From assembly GCA_964527195.1 (NCBI GenBank), contig CAZGOH010000001.1:9505-73504 (forward strand): a stretch of DNA of 64,000 nucleotides. Direction: 5' to 3'. Below, piece after piece: positions 1-7,824 of this stretch. The translations under genes were made by a program, and so were the position numbers. The first letter of the stretch is position 1. Every line of letters starts with the position of its first letter. The notes below the pieces were generated by a model. That model saw only the letters and a program-made list of their open reading frames with translations. It made no database searches and was not told the DNA's origin. The DNA is from an uncultured Methyloversatilis sp. Lineage in GTDB: Bacteria; Pseudomonadota; Gammaproteobacteria; Burkholderiales; Rhodocyclaceae.

Positions 1-522
1 GAAGGGAAACGGCATGCCGGCGTAGCCCTGTTCGACCCAGCGCCGCTGCGGCGGCCACCAGGGCGTCAGCCTGTCGGCGTAGAAACCTTCGATGGCCGCG
101 TCGATGCGCGCGTCGCCGCGCAGCAGGGTGTAGGTCCAGGCGGCGAGCAGGCCGCCGGGTTTCAAGACGCGCCGGGCTTCCGTGTAGAACTTGTCGAAGT
201 CGAACCAGTGGATCGCCTGCGCGACGGTGACGAGATCGCAACCGGCGTCCGCCAGGCCGCTCGTGTCGCAGGGCGCAACGCGGTAGGCGACGCGCGGATG
301 CGCGCGCGCTTGTGCGATCTGGGCGGCCGACAGGTCACTGGCGACGACCTGATCGAAGTGGCCGGCGAGCGGCACGGCGGCCTGGCCGTTGCCGCAGCCG
401 ACGTCCCAGGCGAGCGCATGCCCGGGACTGCGGTCGGCCAGCCAGGAAAACAGCGCCTCGGGATAGTTGGGGCGATACCGCGCGTAATCCGGCGCCTGGC
501 GCGAGAAGTGGTCGGCCGCCAC
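1..522 (-). CDS. Class I SAM-dependent methyltransferase (3' end outside window)
   Basis: Hand translation from GTG at 522: VAADHFSRQAPDYARYRPNYP...WDVGCGNGQAA (SAM-binding motif I); start overlaps the stop of the upstream ORF. Confidence 0.85.
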   Translation of the reverse strand, partial: MAADHFSRQAPDYARYRPNYPEALFSWLADRSPGHALAWDVGCGNGQAAVPLAGHFDQVVASDLSAAQIAQARAHPRVAYRVAPCDTSGLADAGCDLVTVAQAIHWFDFDKFYTEARRVLKPGGLLAAWTYTLLRGDARIDAAIEGFYADRLTPWWPPQRRWVEQGYAGMPFPF

Positions 523-746
523 TACGCCCCCTCGCGCTCCGCCAGCCGGCGCAGCACCAGCGGGAAGGCGCCGGTGAGAACGCTCGCGATGGCCGAAACG
601 ATCAGGCCGACGCCCGCCATCGGGTCGGCGAGCAGCGGATGCACCTCGTCGAACAGTCCGACGAAAGCCGCGATGCCGGCGAGGGCGAGCAAGGCGCCGA
701 GCAGCGCGAAGAAAACGAAAGTCCAGGGCCAGTGATGCGGCTTCAT
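522..746 (-). CDS. Small two-TM membrane protein
   Basis: 74-aa ORF with two hydrophobic segments; GAGG RBS; coupled to the methyltransferase. Confidence 0.7.
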   Translation of the reverse strand: MKPHHWPWTFVFFALLGALLALAGIAAFVGLFDEVHPLLADPMAGVGLIVSAIASVLTGAFPLVLRRLAEREGA

Positions 747-902
747 GATTTCCTCGGATTATCCGGGTGCATGCCCGCCTTCCTTCGGCAGCGGCATGTC
801 CTTGCAGCCGAACCAGAACACAAGATAGGTGCGGTGGTCACGGTAGCTTGGGCAGCCCCCGGTGAGGAATGCGCGTGGGCGGTCATGCCTGCGTGCGCGG
901 AT

Positions 903-2000
903 TCAGGTTTCGACGAGCTTGCGGATCACGTTGTTGAACGGCCCGATCCACTCGGCCGCGAACTGGTTGTCGCAGGCGTTGATTTCGGCGATGGCGCGCA
1001 CCAGCGAGCGCGTCTGGCCGCGTTCGCTGTGCTTGAGCGTGACCGCCTCGAAGGCATCGACGATGGCGAGGATCTTTGCGCCGGGGCAGATCGCGTCCGC
1101 TTTCAGGCCCTGCGGGTAGCCGCCGCCGTCGGGCATCTCGTGATGCTGGGCGACCATCTGCGCGGCGGCTTCCCAGCCCCCCATGCGTTCGAGCAGCCCG
1201 GCGGCGTGCAGCGGGTGCTGGCGCAGCGATGCGCGGTCGCTTTCGCCGAGCCGACCGACCTTGAGCCAGACGGACTCCGGCGCGAACATCATGCCGACGT
1301 CGTGCATGTAGATGGCGGCTTCGAGCTGCGTGGCATCGACCGGCGCACCCGCAAGCCGGTTGGTGTCCAGGGCGAGGCGCAGGATGCGGTCGGTGCGGCC
1401 GGCGAACAGCGGGGAACGGGCTTCGTAGCGTAGCGCCAGCTCGCGGAAGAAGCGCAGGTCGTCGCTCGGGTCGGGCTTGTGTGCGACCATCGGGATCGCG
1501 GGGACCAGGCTGGCCGCGCCGGCGGGGCGATATCCGGTCACCGACTCGATGACCGCGACGGCATGGGCCGGGATGTCGGTCGGCACCGCCGTGGCGAGGC
1601 GTTCCAGCCCGCCGACGAGCTGCGGGAGGCGCAGCGTATCGGTGTCGCGGCCGCCGTCGAGCATTTCGACGGCAAGTTCGAGCCGGTCGAGCGCCAGCAG
1701 CAGCACTTCGGCCAGTAGCGGCGTGAAGGCGATTTCGTCGTCGCGGCAACGGGAGATCAGCGTTTCGATGGGGTGGCAGATCGCCATGCCGAGATCGAAA
1801 CGGCAGATCGAGGCGTCGCCCTTCACCGTGTGCAGCGAGCGGAACAGGCGGGCGACCAGGCTGCGGTCGCCAGGGGTATCGCGCAGGGCGGCGATGTCGC
1901 GCTCGATGCCGGGCGCCTGGTCGTCCAGCGCGTCCATGAATTCCCGGAAGCTCTCCGGGTCGGCGATGCGCGGGCGCAGGATGGCGTCGAGGTTTGTCAT
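903..2000 (-). CDS. HPt-domain / HD-GYP-domain fusion protein
   Basis: N-terminal RLFRSLHTVKGDA (HPt/CheA-P1-like); C-terminal YMHDVGM, HHEMPDGGGYPQGL, IVDAFEA. Confidence 0.85.
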   Translation of the reverse strand: MTNLDAILRPRIADPESFREFMDALDDQAPGIERDIAALRDTPGDRSLVARLFRSLHTVKGDASICRFDLGMAICHPIETLISRCRDDEIAFTPLLAEVLLLALDRLELAVEMLDGGRDTDTLRLPQLVGGLERLATAVPTDIPAHAVAVIESVTGYRPAGAASLVPAIPMVAHKPDPSDDLRFFRELALRYEARSPLFAGRTDRILRLALDTNRLAGAPVDATQLEAAIYMHDVGMMFAPESVWLKVGRLGESDRASLRQHPLHAAGLLERMGGWEAAAQMVAQHHEMPDGGGYPQGLKADAICPGAKILAIVDAFEAVTLKHSERGQTRSLVRAIAEINACDNQFAAEWIGPFNNVIRKLVET

Positions 2001-2010
2001 GGCGGCGGAC

Positions 2011-3129
2011 TCAGAGGATGGGAACGTTGAGCTGGTGCTCGCCCTGCTCGTACACCACGTTGGCGCGACCGACGATCAGCGGGTCGAGCGGGCCGATGCG
2101 TTCGGCGTCCTTGTTGGTGTAGGGCAGGCGGTGCAGGATGTAGCGCATCGCATTCAGGCGCGCGCGCTTCTTGCAGTTCGACTTGATCACCGTCCACGGC
2201 GCGTCGGCGGTGTCGGTGTAGAAAAACATCGCTTCCTTGGCCTTGGTGTAGTCGTCCCACCTGTCCAGCGAAGCCAGGTCGATGGGCGAGAGCTTCCATT
2301 GCTTGAGCGGGTGCACGCGGCGTTCCTTGAAGCGGCGGCGCTGTTCCTCGCGCGACACCGAGAACCAGAACTTGACGAGGTGGATGCCGTTCCGGACCAT
2401 CATGCGTTCGAATTCGGGCGCCTGACGCATGAATTCGGAATACTCGGCATCGGTGCAAAAGCCCATGACGCGCTCGACGCCCGCGCGGTTATACCAGGAG
2501 CGGTCGAACAGCACGATCTCGCCCGCGGTCGGCAGGTGTTGCACGTAACGCTGGAAATACCACTGACCGCGCTCGGTCTCGCTGGGTTTCTCCAGGGCGA
2601 CGACGCGCGCGCCCCGTGGGTTCAAGTGTTCCATGAAGCGCTTGATCGTGCCGCCCTTGCCGGCCGCGTCGCGGCCCTCGAAGAGAATCACCACCTTCTG
2701 GCCGGTTTCCTTCACCCAGGCTTGCAGCTTGAGCAGTTCGACCTGCAGGCGATATTTCTGCCGCTCGTAGTTGCCGCGCGTCATCAGGTTCTTGTACGGG
2801 TAGCCGCCCTCGCGCCAGCCGGCTGCCAATTCGAGGTCGGGGTTGGCGCTGCCCTGTTCGGTCGCCAACTGCTGTTCCTTGAGCAGGCTGCGCAACAGCG
2901 AGCGTGCTTCCTCGGTGCTGGCGCCGGAGACGATGTCGCGCAGCGCCGCCTGTCGCGCCTGTTGCGCGGCATCGATGCCCTGTGCGACGACGTTGGCTTC
3001 GATGTGTGCCTGCGAATCGGTCGGGCCGATGTCGCCCGCAGCGGCCTGGCGGACGCGCGTGGTCCGGGAAGAAGAAGTGCGGGGCGTGCGGGGCGTGCGG
3101 GGTGTGGGCGGTTTGGCTGGTGAGCTCAT
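2011..3129 (-). CDS. ppk2: Polyphosphate kinase 2
   Basis: FEGRDAAGKGG, FDRSWYNRAG and WKLSPID motifs; start placed at ATG 3129. Confidence 0.93.
   Translation of the reverse strand: MSSPAKPPTPRTPRTPRTSSSRTTRVRQAAAGDIGPTDSQAHIEANVVAQGIDAAQQARQAALRDIVSGASTEEARSLLRSLLKEQQLATEQGSANPDLELAAGWREGGYPYKNLMTRGNYERQKYRLQVELLKLQAWVKETGQKVVILFEGRDAAGKGGTIKRFMEHLNPRGARVVALEKPSETERGQWYFQRYVQHLPTAGEIVLFDRSWYNRAGVERVMGFCTDAEYSEFMRQAPEFERMMVRNGIHLVKFWFSVSREEQRRRFKERRVHPLKQWKLSPIDLASLDRWDDYTKAKEAMFFYTDTADAPWTVIKSNCKKRARLNAMRYILHRLPYTNKDAERIGPLDPLIVGRANVVYEQGEHQLNVPIL
3077..3103. repeat. 3 x 9-bp tandem repeat encoding PRTPRTPRT in the Ppk2 N-terminus
   Basis: gtgcggggc gtgcggggc gtgcggggt. Confidence 0.85.
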
Positions 3130-3332
3130 GGATGCATTCCTGTCGATGGGGGTTCGTCTGTGGGCGGATTTTCGCGCGCCTGTTTCTCGCGCAGGCGCTT
3201 GTTCTTGTCCTCGTTGGCGAAGACGAAGCGCCCGGCCAATACGCAGCCCTTCATGCCTGGGTCGCAGGGCAGATTGTTGATCTTGGTGCACTTGTCGTCG
3301 ACTTCGTGCGGGCAACCCCAGCCGCCGGCCAT
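3126..3332 (-). CDS. Small Cys-rich hypothetical protein (68 aa)
   Basis: MAGGWGCPHEVDDKCTKINNLPCDPGMKGCVL...; stop overlaps the ppk2 start (ATGA). Confidence 0.75.
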   Translation of the reverse strand: MAGGWGCPHEVDDKCTKINNLPCDPGMKGCVLAGRFVFANEDKNKRLREKQARENPPTDEPPSTGMHP

Positions 3333-3342
3333 GTTCGTCTTT

Positions 3343-4152
3343 TCAACGATAACGGTTGATCGCGGCGCGCGTTTCCTGCGCGACCTGGCGGGCGGCAGCG
3401 GCGAAGTCTTCGCCCTTGCTGGCATAAAGGATGGCGCGCGAGGAATTGATCATCAGGCCAGCGCCGTTTGCCGTCCTGCCGGCCTTGACGGTGGCCTCGA
3501 TGTCGCCGCCTTGCGCGCCGATGCCCGGGACGAGCAGCGGCAGATCACCGACGATCTCGCGCACGCGCGCGATCTCGCCGGGGAAGGTCGCGCCGACGAC
3601 GAGGGCACACTGGCCGGTCGTGTTCCAGTCTTTCGCCACCATGTGTGCGACCAGTTCAAAAATCGCCGTCCCGCCAGCGCCGACTTTTTGAAACTGCAGG
3701 TCGCTGCCGCCGGGATTCGAGGTGCGGCACAGCAGGATCACGCCCTTGTCTTTATAGGCGAGCCAGGGCTCGACCGAATCGCGGCCCATGTAGGGATTCA
3801 CGGTGACGGCATCCGCCTTGTAGCGCTCGAACGCCTCGATGGCGTATTGCTCCGCCGTGCTGCCGATGTCGCCGCGCTTGGCGTCGAGGATGACGGGAAC
3901 GCCCGGATGCTTTTCATGGATGTGGGCGATCAGTGCTTCGAGCTGATCCTCGGCACGATGCGCAGCGAAGTAGGCGATCTGCGGTTTGAAGGCGCAGGCG
4001 AGGTCGGCGGTGGCGTCGGCAATCTCGGCGCAGAAGCGCAGGATGTCGCCATTGAGGTGCGCGGGAAACTTGGCCGGATCGGGGTCGAGGCCGACGCAGA
4101 GCAGCGAATTGTTCTTCGCCCACGCAGTGGCGAGCATCTCGGTGAATTTCAT
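3343..4152 (-). CDS. pyrF: Orotidine-5'-phosphate decarboxylase
   Basis: [18 protein letters not shown] and [10 protein letters not shown] motifs. Confidence 0.96.
   Translation of the reverse strand: MKFTEMLATAWAKNNSLLCVGLDPDPAKFPAHLNGDILRFCAEIADATADLACAFKPQIAYFAAHRAEDQLEALIAHIHEKHPGVPVILDAKRGDIGSTAEQYAIEAFERYKADAVTVNPYMGRDSVEPWLAYKDKGVILLCRTSNPGGSDLQFQKVGAGGTAIFELVAHMVAKDWNTTGQCALVVGATFPGEIARVREIVGDLPLLVPGIGAQGGDIEATVKAGRTANGAGLMINSSRAILYASKGEDFAAAARQVAQETRAAINRYR
3664..3687 (-). repeat. 24-bp dispersed motif copy (in pyrF, KVGAGGTA)
   Basis: aaagtcggcgctggcgggacggcg. Confidence 0.9.
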
Positions 4153-4287
4153 TTCAGCACATCCTCAATCCAGTCCCACCGCATGTCCTTGACCATCACG
4201 AACCGGCACCGGTTCCAGCAGGCGGAACGGCACTTCCCTGTGGTGTTTGACGACGGCTTCCTTGCCGATCCAGTGGAGTGTGGGCAT
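4149..4287 (-). pseudogene. Deletion scar of a type III R-M locus (Mod N-terminus joined to Res C-terminus)
   Basis: ATG 4287 gives MPTLHWIGKEAVVKHHREVPFRLLEPVP; another frame ends [20 protein letters not shown]-stop, overlapping the pyrF ATG; homology recalled, not searched. Confidence 0.7.
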
Positions 4288-4683
4288 TCAGACAGAAAAG
4301 GGGTTGAGCACCGGGATGCCGCAGCCGGCGAAATCCGCCGTATTGCGGGTGACCAGTGTTAGCGCATGCACTTGCGCGGTGGCGGCGATGAACATGTCGG
4401 GTTGGCTGCGGACCATGCCGCGCGCGGCAAAGGCGCCGCGCAATTCGCCCGCGCGACGGGCAATCTCAAGCGTGACCGGCAAAACCGGGTGACGCAGCAG
4501 ATAGGTTTCGAACCATGCGGCAATGCGCGCATTGGGACGCCAGGCGAGGCCGAACATGATTTCATCGACGCTCACCGCGGAAATCGCATGCGTGGCCTCT
4601 TGCGCCGCCCACGCCGCCACCCCCGCATCGGGGTGCAAACGCCCAAGCTCGCTGATGATGTTGGTGTCAAGCAGCACGCGCAT
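4288..4683 (-). CDS. vapC: PIN-domain (VapC-family) toxin
   Basis: MRVLLDTNIISE...DMFIAATA...LVTRNTADF. Confidence 0.92.
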   Translation of the reverse strand: MRVLLDTNIISELGRLHPDAGVAAWAAQEATHAISAVSVDEIMFGLAWRPNARIAAWFETYLLRHPVLPVTLEIARRAGELRGAFAARGMVRSQPDMFIAATAQVHALTLVTRNTADFAGCGIPVLNPFSV

Positions 4684-4987
4684 GCGCTGCCGACTCCTCG
4701 ATTTCTTCCTGCATCGCAATAAAGGCATTCGGGCGGCCGACTGACGAACGCGGCAGTGCGGGCAATTCGTAATTTTCTTCGGCGGCGATCTGTCGCAATT
4801 CGGCAAATTCCTCGCCCAGGGTCTTGCGCGCTGCCAACTTGCGCCATTCGTCGAAGGCCCTGAAGGATTCCGCATCGATCACCGCAGCCACACAACGATC
4901 GCGGTTATAGATCATTTGCGGCTCTTCTGCGGTCAGTCGAACCACCTCGGAAAACTGCTGTTTGGCTTGGGCGATATTCCAGGTCAT
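4667..4987 (-). CDS. Phd/YefM-family antitoxin
   Basis: MTWNIAQAKQQFSEVVR...PQMIYNR; overlaps vapC. Confidence 0.88.
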   Translation of the reverse strand: MTWNIAQAKQQFSEVVRLTAEEPQMIYNRDRCVAAVIDAESFRAFDEWRKLAARKTLGEEFAELRQIAAEENYELPALPRSSVGRPNAFIAMQEEIEESAAHARAA

Positions 4988-5002
4988 GGCATTCCTCCAA
5001 TA

Positions 5003-5030
5003 TGTCTATCTGATGTGTCCATTATAGACA
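5003..5030 (-). promoter_or_regulatory. TA promoter (-10 TATAAT) inside inverted repeat TGTCTAT-N14-ATAGACA (probable operator)
   Basis: Minus-strand TATAAT at 5021-5026 flanked by a 7-bp inverted repeat; GGAGG RBS downstream. Confidence 0.6.
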
Positions 5031-5045
5031 CAAGCAGATGGGCGC

Positions 5046-6719
5046 TTATTTCCACGTGTCTTTCAAGCCGACGGTGCGATTGAACACCGGCTTGCCCGGC
5101 TGCGAATCCACACGGTCGGCGACAAAATAGCCGTGACGCTCGAACTGGAAGCTCTGCTCGGGGGCGGCCGCTTTCAGGGCTGGTTCCAACTGGGCGCTGA
5201 TCGTCTGCACCGAATCCGGATTGATATCGTCCAGAAAATCACGCTCCGCGCCCGGATTGGGCACTTTGAACAGACGGTCGTAGAGGCGGACATCGGCCGG
5301 GTAGGCATGTTTGGCCGACACCCAGTGAATGTTGCCCTTGACCTTATAGGCGTCGGCGCCCGGTGTGCCGGATTTGGAGTCGGCAAAGTAGTTGCAATGG
5401 ACGGCCGTTACATTGCCGGTTGCATCCTTCTCGCAGCCGGTGCATTCGACGACGAAACCGTAACGCAACCGCACCTTGTTGCCGGGGAACAGGCGGAAGT
5501 AGCCTTTCGGCGGGGCTTCGGTGAAATCCTCGCGCTCGATCCACAGATCGCGCGAGAACGGTACGGCGCGTTTGCCCAGTTCCGGCTGCTGCGGATGGTT
5601 GGGCGCAAAGCACTCTTCTTCCTGCCCCTCGGGATAGTTGTCGATGACGAGCTTCAACGGATCGAGCACGGCAATGCGGCGCAGGGCGGTTTCGTTCAAT
5701 ACGTCGCGCTGGCATTCCTCGAACACGCTGTAGTCGATCAGCGAATCCGACTTGGTGACGCCGATCATCTCGGCGAACTTGCGGAAACCTTCCGGTGTGT
5801 AACCGCGCCGCCGCGCCCCGACCAGCGTCGGCAGGCGGGGGTCGTCCCATCCGTCGACATGCTTTTCGTCCACCAACTGGATCAGCTTGCGCTTCGACAG
5901 AACAACGTAAGTCAAGTTGAGGCGGGCGAATTCGATCTGCTGCGGCAACGGACGCGGCAGGCAGCCCAACTCGGCCAGCTGGTCGAGCAGCCAGTCGTAG
6001 AACGGCCGTTGGTCCTCAAACTCCAGCGTACAGATCGAGTGGGTGATGCGCTCGATGGCATCCTCGATCGGATGCGCGTAGGTGTACATCGGATAGACGC
6101 ACCAGGCATTGCCGGTGTTGTGGTGCGCCGCGTGGCGGATGCGGTAGATCGCCGGGTCGCGCAGGTTGATGTTGGGCGCGGCCATGTCGATCTTGGCGCG
6201 CAGCACGTGGGCGCCGTCGGGGAACTCGCCGGCCTTCATGCGGCGGAACAGGTCGAGGTTTTCTTGCGGTGTGCGGCTGCGGTAGGGGGAATCAACCCCC
6301 GGCTGCGTCAGCGTGCCGCGATGGGTGCGCATTTCCTCGGCCGTTTGCGAGTCGACGTAGGCGAGCCCGGCGTTGATGAGCGCCTCGGCGCAGTCGACCA
6401 TGGTCTGGAAATAGTTCGAAGCGAAGAACTGGTTGCTGCCCCAGTCCCAGCCGAGCCAGCGCACGGCGTCGATGATCGAGTCGACGTATTCCTGCTCTTC
6501 CTTCTCCGGGTTGGTGTCGTCGAAGCGCAGGTGGCAGGCGCCGCCGTAGTCTTTCGCCAGCCCGAAGTTGAGGCAGATCGACTTGGCGTGGCCGAAGTGC
6601 AGATAGCCGTTCGGCTCCGGCGGGAAGCGCGTGCGGATGGCCGCGTGCTTGCCGGCGGCGAGGTCGGCGTCGATGAGGTTGCGGATGAAGTTGGAAGCTT
6701 TGTTGTCCGTGTCGGCCAT
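5046..6719 (-). CDS. glnS: Glutamine--tRNA ligase
   Basis: RFPPEPNGYLHFGHAKS, VLSKRKL, FQFERHGYF. Confidence 0.97.
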   Translation of the reverse strand: MADTDNKASNFIRNLIDADLAAGKHAAIRTRFPPEPNGYLHFGHAKSICLNFGLAKDYGGACHLRFDDTNPEKEEQEYVDSIIDAVRWLGWDWGSNQFFASNYFQTMVDCAEALINAGLAYVDSQTAEEMRTHRGTLTQPGVDSPYRSRTPQENLDLFRRMKAGEFPDGAHVLRAKIDMAAPNINLRDPAIYRIRHAAHHNTGNAWCVYPMYTYAHPIEDAIERITHSICTLEFEDQRPFYDWLLDQLAELGCLPRPLPQQIEFARLNLTYVVLSKRKLIQLVDEKHVDGWDDPRLPTLVGARRRGYTPEGFRKFAEMIGVTKSDSLIDYSVFEECQRDVLNETALRRIAVLDPLKLVIDNYPEGQEEECFAPNHPQQPELGKRAVPFSRDLWIEREDFTEAPPKGYFRLFPGNKVRLRYGFVVECTGCEKDATGNVTAVHCNYFADSKSGTPGADAYKVKGNIHWVSAKHAYPADVRLYDRLFKVPNPGAERDFLDDINPDSVQTISAQLEPALKAAAPEQSFQFERHGYFVADRVDSQPGKPVFNRTVGLKDTWK

Positions 6720-6778
6720 GGTGCGGCAAGTGCTTGATGCAAAGCGGCGATTCTAGCGTCGCGCCGTAGAATGCGGCC

Positions 6779-7162
6779 ATGAACTTCGCCGCCTTTCTCG
6801 CCATCGGCATCGGTGCCGTGCTCGGCGCCTGGCTGCGCTACGGCCTCGGCCTGTGGCTCAATCCGCTCTTCGCCACGGTGCCGCTCGGCACGCTGGCGGC
6901 GAATTTGATCGGCGGCTATCTCGTCGGCGTGGCGATTGCGCTGTTTCATTTCAACGCCGAACTTCCGCCAGAACTGAAACTGTTCTTCGTCACCGGCTTC
7001 CTCGGTGCGCTGACGACGTTCTCGACCTTTTCGGCCGAGGTCGTGCATCTGATCCAGAATGCGCGTTACGGCTGGGCGGCGGGCGCGGCGTCCTTGCATC
7101 TGTTCGGTTCGCTGCTGATGACCGGGCTGGGCATCTTCACCATTCACAAGCTGGCGCAGTAG
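6779..7162 (+). CDS. crcB: Fluoride efflux channel Fluc/CrcB
   Basis: GAVLGAWLRY, GTLAANLIG and GFLGALTTFSTF signature. Confidence 0.95.
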   Translation: MNFAAFLAIGIGAVLGAWLRYGLGLWLNPLFATVPLGTLAANLIGGYLVGVAIALFHFNAELPPELKLFFVTGFLGALTTFSTFSAEVVHLIQNARYGWAAGAASLHLFGSLLMTGLGIFTIHKLAQ

Positions 7163-7176
7163 GGGCCGGAACGCGC

Positions 7177-7824
7177 TCAGGGCAGCTTGCCTGCGGCGAG
7201 CATGCGCTGGACGAGAATGGCCGCGGGCAGCCAGACGATGCGGTCGTCCGTCTCGGCGCTCGGGATACGATCGAACAGGGTCGGCGGCGTGGCCTCGGGC
7301 AGTTGCTCGATTGCGCCGTTGCGGCCGCGCGAGAACACCGCCGCCGGGAGATGGGTCGCCACGACAAGCGTGCAGGCGGCGTCGGCACAGACGCGAACGG
7401 TGCCGGGGGTGAGCAGGGCAAAACCGTCGGCGTGCGAAAACGCCGGTGCGACGACGTAGCCGAGCGGACGCTCCCAGGCGTCGCGACGGCCGACGCCGAG
7501 GTCGGCCCAGGGCAGGTCGCCGGCCGGGTTCGCGCAGGCACCGTCGTTGGCGCGATTTTCCACGCCGTCGCCATCGGTATCGGGACAGGGCAGGTGCGGG
7601 CGCGCCGGCCGGCGCGCGGCATGGCCGATCAGGACTTCGCTGGCCTCGCCGAGCAGACGGTCGGTGGCGGCGAGATCGCGCTGCTCGCGCTGGGCGGCCA
7701 GCGGCACCAGGGCGCTGCCAAGGAGCAGGGCGAGGACGAAGAACACCACGGCCATTTCGACGAGCGTGAAGCCGCGCAGGGCGAAAGTCGGCGCTGGCGC
7801 TACGGCGAAAGGGCGGGCTGCCAT
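7177..7824 (-). CDS. Type IV pilin / pseudopilin-like protein
   Basis: Class III signal RG/FTLVEMAVVFFVLALLLG; start placed at ATG 7824. Confidence 0.88.
   Translation of the reverse strand: MAARPFAVAPAPTFALRGFTLVEMAVVFFVLALLLGSALVPLAAQREQRDLAATDRLLGEASEVLIGHAARRPARPHLPCPDTDGDGVENRANDGACANPAGDLPWADLGVGRRDAWERPLGYVVAPAFSHADGFALLTPGTVRVCADAACTLVVATHLPAAVFSRGRNGAIEQLPEATPPTLFDRIPSAETDDRIVWLPAAILVQRMLAAGKLP
7784..7807 (+). repeat. 24-bp motif copy (antisense in pilin, AVAPAPTF)
   Basis: aaagtcggcgctggcgctacggcg. Confidence 0.85.

Noticed and set aside
750-900. Possible ORF remnant (GGCPSYRDHRTYLVFWFG) or 47-aa ORF in the spacer
   Set aside because: The protein-like frame has no start codon and I could not recognise a family.
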